Origin: Mustelus asterias
Taxonomy: Eukaryota
Reading direction: 5' to 3'
Assembly (NCBI RefSeq): GCF_964213995.1
Contig: NW_027590159.1
Location: 186,001-250,000 of the forward strand
DNA: 64,000 nt
In this document: positions 22,735-35,799 of the stretch, piece by piece
Layout of the letters: every line of letters starts with the position of its first letter
Position numbering within the stretch: the first letter of the stretch is position 1
Notes under the pieces: generated by a model
What the model was told of the DNA's origin: nothing
Database searches by the model: none
What the model saw: the letters and a program-made list of their open reading frames with translations, nothing else
Made by a program: the position numbers and the translations under genes

Positions 22735-23370
22735 TGCCCCATCAAAAATTCACAGGACAGGAGTAACATGGGGTTAGCTGTAAAGTTCCCCCATGCATTG
22801 CCAAATTTAACACTCCCAAGTCAGGAATAGCATGATTTAGATACAAAGTGAACCTCCCTCTCACTATCAAAATAAAACATTCCTGGAAAAGCGAGACTGT
22901 CTAGAAACAGAGTGAAACTCCGTCAACAAAGTCTGCTCAAACACAATGAAGGCATACAGACCAGGGAATCTCTTCTCGGTAAAACCACTTCTGCATTTTT
23001 CCTTCAGAGAATCGGGAGGCAAGTTTGAATTGGTGTTCGGTAGAGGGGGAAGATCCCGCGACACAGTCCCATAAAATACACCCAGGTCAGGTACAGCAGA
23101 GATTAGATACGGATTAAATCTCCCTTTACAAGTAATATCAAACATTCAAAGGGCAGGTACGTGAGTTTAGATGTAGGTTAAATATTCCTCTCCACTGTCC
23201 AGTCAAACAGTCCAAGGGCAGGGATAAATACAGGGAAAATTTCTTTGGTACTGCCACATCGAATCCTTGTTACGAGGTACAATACAGGTTAGATACAGAG
23301 GAAAATGTATAAAATATCCCAAAATCATAGATGCTCAAGAGATCTTTTAGAGTAAATCTCCCTCATGGAT
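22735..23370 (+). repeat. Degenerate ~65-bp tandem repeat
   Basis: Unit approx. CCCATCAAACACTCCCAGG.CAGGTACAGCA.GGGTTAGATACAGAGTAAA.CTCCCTCTACACT; also at 41150-41430 and 9430-9550. Confidence 0.75.
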
Positions 23371-24194
23371 TCCAATTCATTGTGTTGCATTCCTTACAAC
23401 TCCGGCTGAGAGAATACATTGGGCAACATTGAATTCAGATTGTGGAGGGAAGACGATGAACTATCGTGAAGAGACAAGACACAGAACCAGAAGGAGAAAG
23501 ACAGAGAGAGAGAGATGAAACACAGGGAATTTCCACGAACACATTTGCCGTGTTATCACATTTCGGGATCAAAGGGATTCTTTGCTAATTCTGAACATAG
23601 ATATTGTCATGTTTTTTTTCTTCATATAATTGATGAATAACTAATGTATAAAAACAATCATTTCTGGAATCCGTTGATCGATTTGCATGTTTGTCTCTAT
23701 TTCTGTGCTGTGTTGGTGGGGAAATATTTGTTGTGTTTTCGTCAGTCAACAATCTAATCTGGGATTTCTATTTCTGTGTTTATTTACATAAGCACCTCAC
23801 TGTTTCCAATGAAATGTTAATGGCAGCAAAAACAGATAAACCGTCACTTATTCATTCGTTTCAACTCAAAATAGCGGTTATTTTAAGAATATTAACAGTT
23901 GGTTCAAAAAGAATAGAAATCTTTTTAACATACATTACACCAGATGCTATTTAATTAAATGAATAAATACATTCTATTTAAGAATTTGTTCTGAAAGTTC
24001 TGATGTCACAATAAATAAAGTATCTGTGAACAGGCTGGTATTCCATTGAATGTTAATTTGATTGATGATCTAAATTGCTTCAACTCGACAAGTTAAAACA
24101 AAGAGAACTGATGTGTGAAATATTCCTGTCATAATTAGTGATCAGACTCACACGAGGGAAGAATAAAAAATCCAGTGTGGTTATTACTAAGTGA

Positions 24195-24668
24195 TACAAG
24201 TAGCATTGCTGCCTCACAGTGACAGGGAAGCGGGTTCGATTCCAACCTTGGGTGACTGTGTGTGGTTTTTCACATTCTACCATGTCCATGTGAGTTTCCT
24301 CCGGTGCTCCGGTTTCCTTCCACAGTCCAAGGATGTACGGGTTAGGTGGATTGGTACGATAAATTGCTCCTTTGTGTCCAAGGATGAGCAACGTAGAATC
24401 ACAGAATCCCTACAGTGCAGAAGGAGACCATCGCTTCATCAAGTCTGAACCAGCTGTCCAGCAGGGCATCATTCCCAGGCCCAAGGTGGATTGGCGATTC
24501 TAAATTGCCCCTTAGTGTGCAACGATGTGTAGGTTAGAGACATTAGCCTCTGAATATGTGAGGTTGTCGGGATAGGGTGAAGGCTGGGCCTGGATAGGAT
24601 GCTCTGCTGGAGAGCAGCTGCAGACTTGATGGACCGAATGGCCTGCACTGGATTCTATGATTCTATGC
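24195..24668 (+). mobile_element. HE1-like SINE subtype 1, interrupted by an inverted tail fragment (~24392-24482)
   Basis: Head 24195-24385; resumes with duplicated GGTGGATTGG..AAATTGC at 24485; ends GATTCTATGATTCTATG. Confidence 0.8.
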
Positions 24669-25411
24669 TGCTATGATCAGCAGAGGAATGAATATATTCG
24701 CATTAGTCTCTCAGCACTTCCAACGTATTACAACTTTCATTTTGGTAGAGCTTACATTTATAGAACCCTTTACCCGACCTCATGTAGTCCCAAAGTTCTT
24801 AAAACTCACTGATGTACCTTTGCTGAATTTAGTCACTGCTATCATGTTGCAAATACAACAGGTAATGTACGTACAACAAACTCCCACAAACCGAGATGTG
24901 ATAAATTCCAGTAAATTTGTGATTTTGTTTGAAGAATCAGTATTAAGGTAGGATATTGGGGAGGACAGCCTTGCTCTTTAGAATTATATCAATGAGATTT
25001 TGCATCCTGGCATCGATTTTAAATGTGAATCTGGTTCTCTATCTGCTGATGCACACTGACCTGCTGAGTAGCATTTGTGTTACTTTAGTTTTAGATTTCC
25101 AGAATCGGCAGCACTTTACACTGTTGTTATTGATCCTCTGGATGTGAGCATCACTGACAAAGCCAACATTTAGTTGTCTCTGCTGAGAAGGCAGTTGTGA
25201 ACCAGCTTGTTGAAACCTGCCCTCTGGATGATTTTATTATTTGTTTTTCCAAAGCAGCTTTGATACAACTGGATGGCCTGCCCGGCAATTTCAGTAGTGG
25301 CTAAGAGTCATTTTCATCATAGTTGAATTGGAGTCTATGCAGAACAGACAGGGTAAAGATAGGAATCTTCGGTTTTCAGTTATTTCCAAAGAGACGATTT
25401 CGTTTGAAGTA

Positions 25412-25640
25412 TAAAAGCAAATTACTGCGGATTCTGGAATTGAAACCAAAAGAGAAAATGTTGGAAAATCTCAGCAGGCCTGGCAATATCTGTGAGGAGA
25501 GAAAATAGCTGACATATCGAATCCAGATGACCTTTTGACAAAGTTTTGACAAAGGGTCATCTTTAATCGAAAAGTAAGCTCTTCTCTCTCCTTACAGGTG
25601 CTGCCGGACTTGCTGAGATTTTCCAGCATTTTCTCTTTAC
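25412..25640. mobile_element. ~230-bp palindromic Penelope-like element (family B) at the pseudo-VH breakpoint
   Basis: AGAGAAAATGTTGGAAAATCTCAGCAG... pairs with ...CTTGCTGAGATTTTCCAGCATTTTCTCT; centre GATGACCTTTTGACAAAG|TTTTGACAAAGGGTCATC. Confidence 0.75.
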
Positions 25641-25642
25641 TT

Positions 25643-25884
25643 TGTTTGAAGTGTCTTCGGGTGGAGTAAATTGATTCTGAATCCTGGGGCGGAGGAATTG
25701 CAGGCTGACCCAAGACTATCGTACTGAAGAAGACACTGTAAACACTGTTCAGGGACCTGTCGGACCCAGACCATTCAGTTACTGCCAACATTGAACGCGT
25801 TGGCTTTGCAGGTCAGTCTCAAAGAGTTTCAGGGACGCCCAGTTTCTGCCTCTCGCTGACTCAACACAACCTCCGATTCGACAC
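25643..25884 (-). pseudogene. IGHV: VH pseudogene (leaderless, 3'-truncated, no RSS/D/J/C)
   Basis: [50 protein letters not shown]...; acceptor AG mutated to AA, two TGA stops, 1-nt deletion after GCCCCAGG, ends at GAAGACACTTCAAAC in FR3. Confidence 0.93.
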
Positions 25885-25917
25885 TTGTAAAAATATCTAA
25901 AATCCTATGAAAATAAA

Positions 25918-26226
25918 ACGCCACGCACTCCGGACATACTCGCTCACCTTTTTCCATCGGGAACAAGATACAAAAGTCTGAGGACGCGTATAAACCGACT
26001 CAAAAAGAATTTCTCTCCTGCTGCAATCGGACGTTTGAATGGACCTACGTCGCATTAAGTTCATCTTTCTCTACACCCCAGCTATGACTGCAAAATTACA
26101 TTATTCACTCTCTCCCTTCCTTCCCTATATACGTTATGCTCTGACTGTATCGTGAGCAAGAAACAATAATTTGCACTGTGCACTAATATGTGCGATAATA
26201 ATAAGTCAAATGAAATCAAATGAAAT
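25918..26226 (+). mobile_element. Rex1/Babar-type LINE 3' end at the site of the missing leader/promoter
   Basis: Relic of HSGHT..HL.PSGTRYKSLRTRINRLKKNFSPAAIGRLN, followed by an (AAATC/G)n tail. Confidence 0.75.
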
Positions 26227-26634
26227 ATATCAAAAGCACCAAGGATTATTCCTGGTGAATTGATTGCTGGCAATGGAACATTCCAGAGACAGACTAACAC
26301 CGAGGGAGGAACAGTGAAATCCATTGTCATGTCTCTGCTCGTCCAAGAGTGAAATTGCATTCGAGCATCTGTTAGAAAAAATAAACAATTTCATTGTAAA
26401 TTAAGTGCCTTTATTTCATCACCCCTTCACAAGGGAATGGACAGACACAGATGACATTACCTTATCAGGGTAAAGATGTCAGTCTGATTTGCAATAATTC
26501 TGTGTCTCTAACACTTTACAGCGAAATATAATTCATTCGAAGAATTATTATCGATTTATGTAACTTAATGCTGGGATGATTGTGTTTCAGGTGTGGATAG
26601 CTATCATTGTAATTTGGGACTGGATATAAGAAGT

Positions 26635-26968
26635 AGGGAAGCAGTGGCCTCGCGTTATTATCGCTAGACAATTAATCCACAAACTCAACTAATGTTCTCA
26701 GGACCCGGCTTCGAATCTCGCCATGGCAGATGGTGGAATTTAAATTCATTAAAAACGTCTGGAATTAAGAATCTACTTATGACCATGACATAATTGTCGA
26801 TTGTGTAAAAACCTATCGGGTTCATTAATGTCCTTTCAAGCAGGAAATATGCCGTCCTTACCTCGTCTGGCTGACATGTGATTGCAGAGCCACAGCAATG
26901 TGTTTAGCTCTCAACTGCCCTCGACAATGAGTGGGCAATAAATATTGATCAGCCAGCGGCACCCATAT
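26635..26968 (+). mobile_element. Second SINE family copy
   Basis: GGGAAGCAGTGGC...GCTTCGAATCTCGCCATGGCAGATGGTGGAATTT...; copy-2 specific. Confidence 0.75.
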
Positions 26969-27246
26969 CCATAGAATCCCTGCAGTGCATTAGGAGCATA
27001 TCGAGCCCACACCGACAACGCTCCCACCCAGGCCCTATTCCCATCCCTGCTAATTCACTTGATTCTATGGGACAATTCATCATCGCCAAACAACCTAATT
27101 GGCATATCTTTGGACAATGGGAGTAAACAGGCAGACAATTGGAGAATGTGCAGACTACACACAGACAGTGACCCATTCCGGGAATTGAACCACGGTCCCT
27201 GATGCTGTGAAGCAGCAATGGTAACCACTATGCCACCGTGCCGCCC
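26968..27246 (-). mobile_element. HE1-like SINE subtype 1
   Basis: Reverse complement begins GGGCGGCACGGTGGCATAGTGGTTA. Confidence 0.85.
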
Positions 27247-29082
27247 ACGAATAAATTAACAAAATAAACTCCTTATCTGATACAATGTTACACCTTATAT
27301 TTCCCCAACAGCTCCTTAACCCTGTGAAAATTAACGGTGAAAGGAAACTTCTTGACTTACAATTAAGCATTGAGTTGACAGAGAAACAGAAATTGACATT
27401 GACTTTTGACAAAGAAGCTAATGAATTAGAACGGACACGGCAATCAGGAAAGTTCTCCTTCAGCATCCAAATCATGACAGTTCATTTTATTGGCGAGCAG
27501 CTGGTATTGGGAACACAGGACATCAGGACTTTGCGGCATAATGCACAATATCACAAGAATAAATATTTTATCTTTCACTGAACCAGGTTATGAACTGGTC
27601 ATTTCGTCACTCATTGGCAGTTATGAGAGGGACTGTTAAATAATCGAAACCAGATTATGCTGGACAACAGAACACGTTGTACATCAGGTATAAGTTTTTA
27701 ATGAGGAGCAGAACATTGAGAATTTTCCAGAAATCCCCGCTGTTCAAGGTAGATATATGATTTTCTTTTACTTTTAATTATTTTCATTTTTGTGCCTTTA
27801 CACTGACCTCATTGGACTGAGGGATTGGGGACATCAACATATTTTTCCTGCACTTCATGAAGTTGTTCATAAAGAGGCTTTAATTGTTGGAAGGACATTT
27901 CTTTGGAAGCTATACAAATGAAATAGCATCAAGTCAATTGGCTAGTTTCCGATACTTTTTAATCACAGAATGAAAAGTGCATTCATTTAAAATATTTGCT
28001 TAGAAGAAAAACCATTTAAAATGTGCCTTCCTTTTGGGAATAAAACATTTATTGTGTAACTGACGAAGTCCCATGTTATCCTTACAGATTCACGTTAATC
28101 TGTCCTACGCAGTATTTGGCAACTGTCCAGGCTGCTGCCAAATACCCAAAAATATTGACAGGAAGCATCTGAGGGTGTTTGTTCAGTAAATCAAAAACCT
28201 GTTTCCTCAGTACTGAACACTTGGCTGCAAGCCAACCTCAAACTCTCAGCATTGTCAATGGGGCCTATTTATAAACAAATCTACCCAGCAACAGTACTGG
28301 AGGCAATTTAATTATTTTTAAGTTGCAAACATCTATGAATGTTTCCCATTTCTTCGGAAAAGAAAGTATTCAGCTTCTCCGGCACCTTGTTAGCAACAAT
28401 GATGATCTCTCCAACACAACAAAACATTGATGGATGGATATAAAAACAAATACCGGCAGATTATGAGATTGATTCAGAGAGGTGATATATTTTATACTAG
28501 ATAAACATGTATGCTTGTGTTTTCTTTCACTTTATTCTTCCATGGGACGTGAGAATCTCTGGAAAGGCCAACATTTATTCCCTTTCCCTAATTTCTCTTG
28601 AACTGAGTGGTATGCTAGGGCATCTCAGAAGGCATTGCCCAGTTAGTTATATTGCTGTCCGTCTGCAGTCACATCCTGATGAGACCAGGTAGGGATGGCA
28701 GATTTCCTTCACTGGGGAATCAGAGAGGTTTATCTGGTCGCTGTCAGTATGTATTCCAGATTTATTGATTGAATTCAAATTCCACCAGCTGCCAGGGTCG
28801 GATTTAATCTCGTGTCTCCACATCATTGGCCTGGGCTTCTGGATTACTGGTACACTGGCATTAAGATTACGCCACCATCTACCCAACAATAAAGGAATAC
28901 TTGCGTTGATGCAGGGATGAACGATAGTTGGATGCCTGAATGTTTTGATTGAGGAATCAGTGAGTGGATGGATGGATCTGACGATAGCTTGTCCTAAAAT
29001 TTGCTGTTCTACATGCACAAATTTGTGATTTACTACTTCAAAAATCGAAGCAGGTCCTTTATTCCAAGTGTGTCAGTATATA

Positions 29083-31070
29083 AGACCATAAGTCCATAAA
29101 ACATAAGACATAGGAGCAAAATGAGGCCACTCGGTCCATCGAGTCTGCTCCGCCATTCAATCATGGCTGACATTTTTCTCATCCACATTCTCTTGCCTTT
29201 TCCCCATAAGCACTGATCCTCTTATTAATCACAAACCCATCTATCTTTGTCTTAAAAACATCCAATGACCTCGCCTCCACAGCCTTCTGCGGCAAGAGAT
29301 CCACAAATTTACCACACTCTGGCTGAAGAAATTCCTCCTCATCTCTGTTTTCAAGGATCGTCCCTTTAGTCTGAGGTTATGCCCTCTGGTTCTAGTTTTT
29401 CCTACGAGTGGAAACATCCTCTCCACGCCCACTCTATCCAGGCGTCGCAGTAGCCTGAAAGTTTCAATAAGATCTCCCCTCATCCTTCAAAACTCCAACG
29501 AGTACAGATCCAGAGGACTCAACCGTTCCTCATACAGCAAGCGCTTCATTCCAGGAATCATTCTTGTGAAACTCCACTGGACCCTTTCCATGGCCAGCAC
29601 ATCCTTCCTTAGATATGGGGCCCAAGACTCACAATACTCCAATTGGGTCTGACCAGAGCCTTGTACAGCCTCAGAAGTACATCCCTGCTCTTGTATTCTA
29701 GCCCTCTCGACATGAATGCAAACATTGCATTTGCCTTCCTGAACCTGCACTTTAACCTTAAGAGAATCTTGAACAATGACTCCCAAGTCCCTTCGTATTT
29801 TTGATTTCCTCAGCATTTTCCCATTTAGAAAATAGTCTATGCCTCCATTCCTCCTTCCAAGCGCGTAACCTCACACTTTCCCAAATTGTATTCCAGCTGC
29901 CACATCTTTGCCGACTCTGCTAACCTGTCCAAGTCCTTCTGCAGCCCCCCTGCTTACTCAATATTACCTGTCCCTCTACATATCTTTGTATCATCTGCAA
30001 ACTTAGCAACAGTACCTTCAGTTCTTTCCTCCAAATCGCTAATGCATATTGTGAAAAGTTGTGGTCCCAGCACTGACCCCTGAGGCACACCACTAGTCAC
30101 CGGCTGCCATCCTGAGAAAGACCCCTTTTTTCCCACTCTCTGCCTTCTGCCAATCAACCAATCCTCTATCCATGCCAGGATCTTACCCTTAACACCATGG
30201 GCATTTAACTTATTTAACAGTCTCCTTTTCGGCACCTTGTCAAAGGCCTTCTGGAAATCTAAATAAATCATGTCCACTGGCTCTCATTTATCTAACTTCC
30301 TTGTTACCTCCTCCAAGAACTCTAACAGATTTGTCAGATATTACCTCCCCTTCACAAAACTGTGCTGACTCATTCCTACTTTATCATGCCCTTCCATGTA
30401 CTCTGCGGTCTCATCTTTGATAATGGAATTTAATGTCTTGCCAATGAACGAAGCCAGGCTAACCGGCCTATAATTTCTCGTCTGCTGCCTCCCTCCCATC
30501 TTAAACAATGGTGTTGCATTCGCTACTTTGCAGTCCTCTGGTACATTCCCTGCCTCCAGTGATTTCTGAAAGACCACCACCAATGCCTCCACAATTTCCT
30601 CAGTTATCTCTTTTAGAACCCTGCGGTGTAGTCCTTCCGGTCCAGGTGATTTATCCACCTTCAGACCTTTCAATTTCCCCAGAACCTTCTCCTTAGTGAT
30701 GGCCACTACAGTCACCTGTGCCCCTGGACTCTCCTGGAGCTCTGGCATTCCACTGGTGTCTTCCACCGTGAAGACTGATGCAAAGTAACTCTTCAGTTCC
30801 TCTGCCATTGCTTTGTTTCCTGTTATTACTTCTCCAGTCTAATTTTCCAGTGGTCCAATGGCAATTTTTGCATCTTTCTTACCTTTTTTTATATTGAAAA
30901 AAACTCTCCCTGTCTTATTTCATATTACTACCTAGCTTACACTCATATTTCATCTTCTCCCCCTTATTGCTTTTTTAGTGTCCTCTGCTTGCTTTGAAAT
31001 GCGTCCCAATCCTCTGGCTTCCCACTAATCTTTGCCGCTTTGTATGCTTTAACTTTTGCTTTAATGCTGT
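29083..31070 (-). mobile_element. CR1 LINE, ~2 kb, frameshifted ORF2 (RT)
   Basis: ORF pieces [43 protein letters not shown]; short tandem tail at 29083-29112. Confidence 0.95.
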
Positions 31071-31179
31071 GCTGCAAAATTTAGTCCTTCCAGATTTTCT
31101 CGGTGAATTCAATCCCCGAGATATCGGGAACAAATGAACTAAGAGCAGTCTGATTTTTTTTCCATCTGCTGATGGTGAC

Positions 31180-31752
31180 TAGAGTCATAGAGTCATAGAG
31201 GTTGACAGCATGGACACAAGCATTTCGGCCCAACTTGTCCATGCCGTCCTTTTTATTAACCACTCAGCTTATCCCAATTTCCCGCGTTTGGCCCATAACC
31301 CTCTGTACCCATCCTACCCATGTAACTGTCTAAACCCTTTTTAAAAGACAAAATTGTACCCTCCTCTACCACTACCTCTGGCAGCCTGTTCCAGACACTT
31401 GCCACACTCTGTGTGAAACAATATCCCCTCTGAACCATTTTGTATCTCTCCACTCTCATCTTAAACCTATGCCCTCTCGTTTTAGACTCCTCTACCATTG
31501 GGAAAATATATTGACTATCGAGCTGATCTATGCACCTCATTATTTTATAGACAGCGATAAGATCCCCCCAAGCCTCCTACGCTCCGGAGAAAAATTCCCA
31601 GTCTATCCAGCCCCTCCCTACAACTCAAACCAACAAGGCCTCGTAGCATTCTAGTAAAACTTTTCTGCACTCTTTCTAGTTTAATAATATCCGTTCTATA
31701 ATAGGGTGACCAGAACTGTACACAGCATTCCAAGTGTAGCCTCACCGATGTC
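31180..31752 (-). mobile_element. CR1 3' fragment
   Basis: HLECCVQFWSPYY...TRGHRFK; (GACTCTAT)n tail. Confidence 0.9.
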
Positions 31753-32004
31753 TTCAAAATCTTCAAATCCAAGATGGAAAGAGGGATTAGGTTGAGGGGG
31801 GAGGATTGTAATATTTGGAACATGTGGCCCTTTCTAGTGCAACAAATCACTCAACATATCACCTATGTGAAGGTAACAGGCTAAACAGGTAACAGGCTAT
31901 GTGAAGGTAACAGGCTAAAAAAATAATGAGGCAATTGAAATATTGTGAAACTCACTGGACAGACTCAAATGGTAAATGACTTTCCAGTACTCTGTGAGTG
32001 TGCA

Positions 32005-32332
32005 AGGGTGGCATGGTGTCATAGTGGTTAGCCCTGCTGCCTCAGAAAGCCAGGGACCCGGGTTCAATTCCGTCCTCAGGTAACTGTATTTGTGGAGTTT
32101 GCAATTTCTCTCCGTGTCTGTGTGGATTTCCTCCGGGTACTCTAGTTTCCTCCTGCAGTCCGAACATATGCAGGTCAGGTTGATTGGCCATGCTGAATTA
32201 ACCCTCGTGTCAGGGGCATTAGTGGGGTTAATATGAGGGGTCACGGGAACAGGACCTGGGTAGGATTGAGGTCGCTCCAGACTCGATGGGCCCAATGGTC
32301 TCATTCTGCACTGTAGATTCTTTGTTCTATGA
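32005..32332 (+). mobile_element. HE1-like SINE subtype 1
   Basis: Head GGGTGGCATGGTGTCATAGTGGTTAGC, B-box GGTTCAATTCC, CR1-type tail. Confidence 0.85.
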
Positions 32333-32739
32333 ATAATTAATCTGGATCTTAAGATTCTATAACGTCATATTAGATATTATAAATTATATATAACATTAGA
32401 TACAGGTACTTTCAGTTATACAGTCACTTTAAAAATGGTTACACACTCCAGTTATATATCAGGGGTTTATGTGTGATGATGAGCTGATTACGTGTCAATA
32501 AAGCGCAGAGGCTGCTGGGTAGCTGCTCATTATCCTCGGTCTGATTTGATTCGACTTCCCGCTGAATTCTGAGACAGATTTGATTCTTTGGTGACAGAAA
32601 GGCCAAAGTGACCTCAATAAATTTGAATCTCAATAAACTACAATAAATAAACTGCAACTATATTTGTACCAAATAAAATGCTGAAAATAATTTGTGAAAT
32701 ATTTATTTATTTTTGTGATTTGAAGATTATTAGTTATAT

Positions 32740-33478
32740 GAGCGCCAGGCAATGACCATCTCCAAAAAGAGAGAATCTACCCATTGCTCCTTGTCATTCA
32801 ATGATATTACGATACTGAATCACCCACTATGAATATCGTCGGGGTTACCATTGGCTAATCGCTGAATTAACTAGATATGTAAATGCTGCGGCTGGAATAT
32901 CAGGTCAGCTTGCTGTGAGTAACTCACCTCCTGACTCCCCAAACCTGTCCACCACCTATAAAACAACAACTCATTAATGTAATAGAGTTCTCTCCACTTG
33001 CTAGAATGAGTGCAACTCAAACAATATTCAAGAAGCTTTATAGCATTCAGGACAAAGCAGGCGGCTTGACTGGCATAGCATTTGCAAATGCTCACTCCCT
33101 CCACCACCGACAAACAACAGCAGAATTGTACATCATCCACAAGTTTCACTTCAGGAACTCACCAAGACTTCTTATGCAACACCTTCCAACCACAGGACTG
33201 TCACCATTTGGAAGGACAGGGGTAAGAGTTACCTGGGAATATCACGTGTAAATTCCACTCGAAGTCAGTCATATAACTGACTTGGAAAAATATCGCCCTT
33301 CCTTCACTGTCGCTCGATTGAAATCCTGGAACACCCTCTGTAACAGCACTGTGTGAGTACATACACCAGAGGCTTCGAAGCAATTCAAGAAGGTAGCTCC
33401 CCACCAGCTTACTAAGGGCAATTAGGGATAGGCAACAAATGTTGACCTAGCCAGCAACGATCACATCCCTTAAATTAA
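32740..33478 (+). mobile_element. Second LINE family 3' portion
   Basis: GCCAGGCAATGACCATCTCCAA...GTAACTCACCTCCTGACTCCCCAAACCTGTCCACCA...CAATTAGGGATAGGCAACAAATG tail. Confidence 0.8.
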
Positions 33479-33679
33479 AACGTAAATATATGAATGTTTA
33501 TGAATGGTTGATAACTGGTGAACAAAATTATGCAACTTTGTGAATGGATGGCAATTGGTGAAAATAAATACCAACTTTATGAACATTTATGATCTTCTCT
33601 TTCTTGATGGAAGATAGGATGCGCGCCGCAGGAGATGCATGATTCAAAAGCACAACACTACCGGGGAAGAAAATGCTGC

Positions 33680-34010
33680 CAGAGGACATTGCAACAACTA
33701 TAGATATATATACATCATTGCCACTGACACATCTGAAAACATTCATCTGTTTGAAGATCCGGATTATCCTGAAGCACAATGTATTGTTTTTAATGGAAGA
33801 TTGACTCTGGAAAATATCTGCTTTATATGCCCTATGTACTTATCTTTACCTTCGTCAATCTGATCAAGACATACAACACCGGAAGCAGAGCAGGGACTAC
33901 CATATTTGGGAAAAAGGCGCTCTCCATCAAAACTCCTCAGTCTCATTCATGACACAGAAAACGACAACATAAAACCACAATTGGTAGCTTCATGGGCAGC
34001 ATTTGTAACA
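33680..34010 (+). mobile_element. Ancient RTE-clade LINE RT relic (copy 2)
   Basis: Translates CNNYRYIYII...YPEAQCIVFNGRLT...TFVNLIKTYNT, resembling RTE motifs CNNYRGISLL, YPESQCGFR.GRST, AFIDLTKAFD. Confidence 0.65.
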
Positions 34011-34724
34011 GAGCCAACCTCTCAAAAATTGTCCTTCTCAGTCATCAACAAAGGTGACATTTGAAAAAGAAACCATTCTGAATTTGATGTGTTTACTCTG
34101 CGTCTATTTTTTATTTTCAATGGAAGGACGCCGGTTATCATTGTGAAATTGATTTGTAAACAATATGACGTTTTTCAGAAAACGCACACACTCACACACA
34201 CACACACACACACACACACATTCACACACATTTTCCTTCAACTTAAGATTCCATCTTTGCTTCCTGGGGGGCTTAAGAGACAATTACCCCAACTGTCTTT
34301 CAGATGGAATGAAGAACAAATACATTTTCCCCAGCACCATGTTTGCTGAACTGAACATTAAAGGTCCCATTGTCTCCAACAGCGCCCTGGTCAGTATTCC
34401 TCCTTCTAACCAAAATGAACAAATATACATTACCATGGATTGAGGCATTATGCTTTGATGCTGACCTGGCATCATAGGAACATAGGAGCAGAAGTTCCCC
34501 TCCAAGCCACTCACCATCCTGACATGGAAATATATCGCCGTTCCTTCACAATCGCTGAGTCAAAATCCTTAAATTTCCTCCCTAACGGCATTGTGGGTCT
34601 ACCCACAGAACATGTACTGCAGCGATTCAAGAAGGCAGCTCACCATAACCTTCTCAAGGGCAACTAGGTATGGGGAATAAATGTTGACCAGCCAGCGAAG
34701 CCCATGTCCCAAGCATGAATAAAA

Positions 34725-35560
34725 AAAGCAGACGCAGGCCATTCAGCTTCTCGAACTCGCCACCCATTCATAAGATCATCGCTGATCTGTGGCCAAACCC
34801 TATGTACCTGCGCTTGGCCCATATCCCTTGATACCCCTGTTCAATAAAAAAATCGATCTCAGAGATAAATCTAACAATTGAACCAGCACCCACTGGCCTT
34901 TGCAGAAGAGAGTTCCAAAAGTCCACCACTCTCTGTGCGTAGAAATACTTTCCATCAGCTCTCCTGAACGGCTTGGCCCTGTTTTTTTTAAATTATGGCT
35001 CTTTATTCTAGAGCCTTCAACTTATTGATCCGCCCGATCCTACCCGTAATATTTTGTAGATTTTTGTCAGAACACCCCTCAACCTTCTGAATTCGAGAGG
35101 AAAAGTCCCAATTTGTCTAATTTCTCCTCGCAACTTAACCCCTGAAGGCCAGGTCTAATTCTTGTGAACGTGCGTTCAACTCCCTCCAGGACCAAAATCT
35201 TTGCAAAGGTGTGGTGCCTAAACCTGTGCACAGTACTCCAGGTGGGCTCTAACCAGGATTTTGCATAATTGCAGCATAACATCTGCATCCCTATACTCCA
35301 GTCCTTTCGATACAAAGGCCAGAATTCCGTTGACCTGCTTGACTATTTTCTGCATCAGTTCGTGGCATTTTAAGAAGCTATTCACTTGAACACCCAAATC
35401 TCGCTGGGCATCCACTAAATTTTACTTTCTGCCTTCTAAAAACTACCTTTATCTATTATTTGGATTATTTGACTTTTTGTGGCATTATCTGAGCCGTTAT
35501 GAATATTGTAAATAATTGAGACCTCAAGACAGATTCCTGCGGGACACAACTTAACCTGTA
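34725..35560 (-). mobile_element. Old CR1 fragment
   Basis: QRDLGVQV...NGILAFVSKGLEYR...LVRAHLEYCAQ. Confidence 0.85.
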
Positions 35561-35799
35561 TTATTCAGCAACGTTCATCTCATCTATAATTCGTTGCACC
35601 TTAAATTTGGGCACTTTCTGCAGAAGGGGATGTGGTCTTACATTTATGAATGTGAATTATTTGTATATTACTATCATAAATCATACCTGACAGCGATATA
35701 TTTACAGTAACTGTAATTGCAGAATTTTGCCAGCAGATGGAATTGGCATATTGATGGTTTACATTACATGAAGAAGGCACTGCCTCAATAAAGACTACA

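Larger units (their letters stand above)
15190..25370. repeat. Segmental duplicate, copy 1 (5' flank of functional VH)
   Basis: Collinear homology to 26300-42850: 15650~27370, 16410~28110, 17525~31765, 19620~33930, 19990~36830, 21340~39905, 23680~41743, 25150~42640. Confidence 0.92.

Noticed and set aside
25940-25960. ATG...AAG|GTGAGC as leader exon of the pseudo-VH
   Set aside because: Lies inside the Rex1 fragment and encodes no hydrophobic signal peptide.
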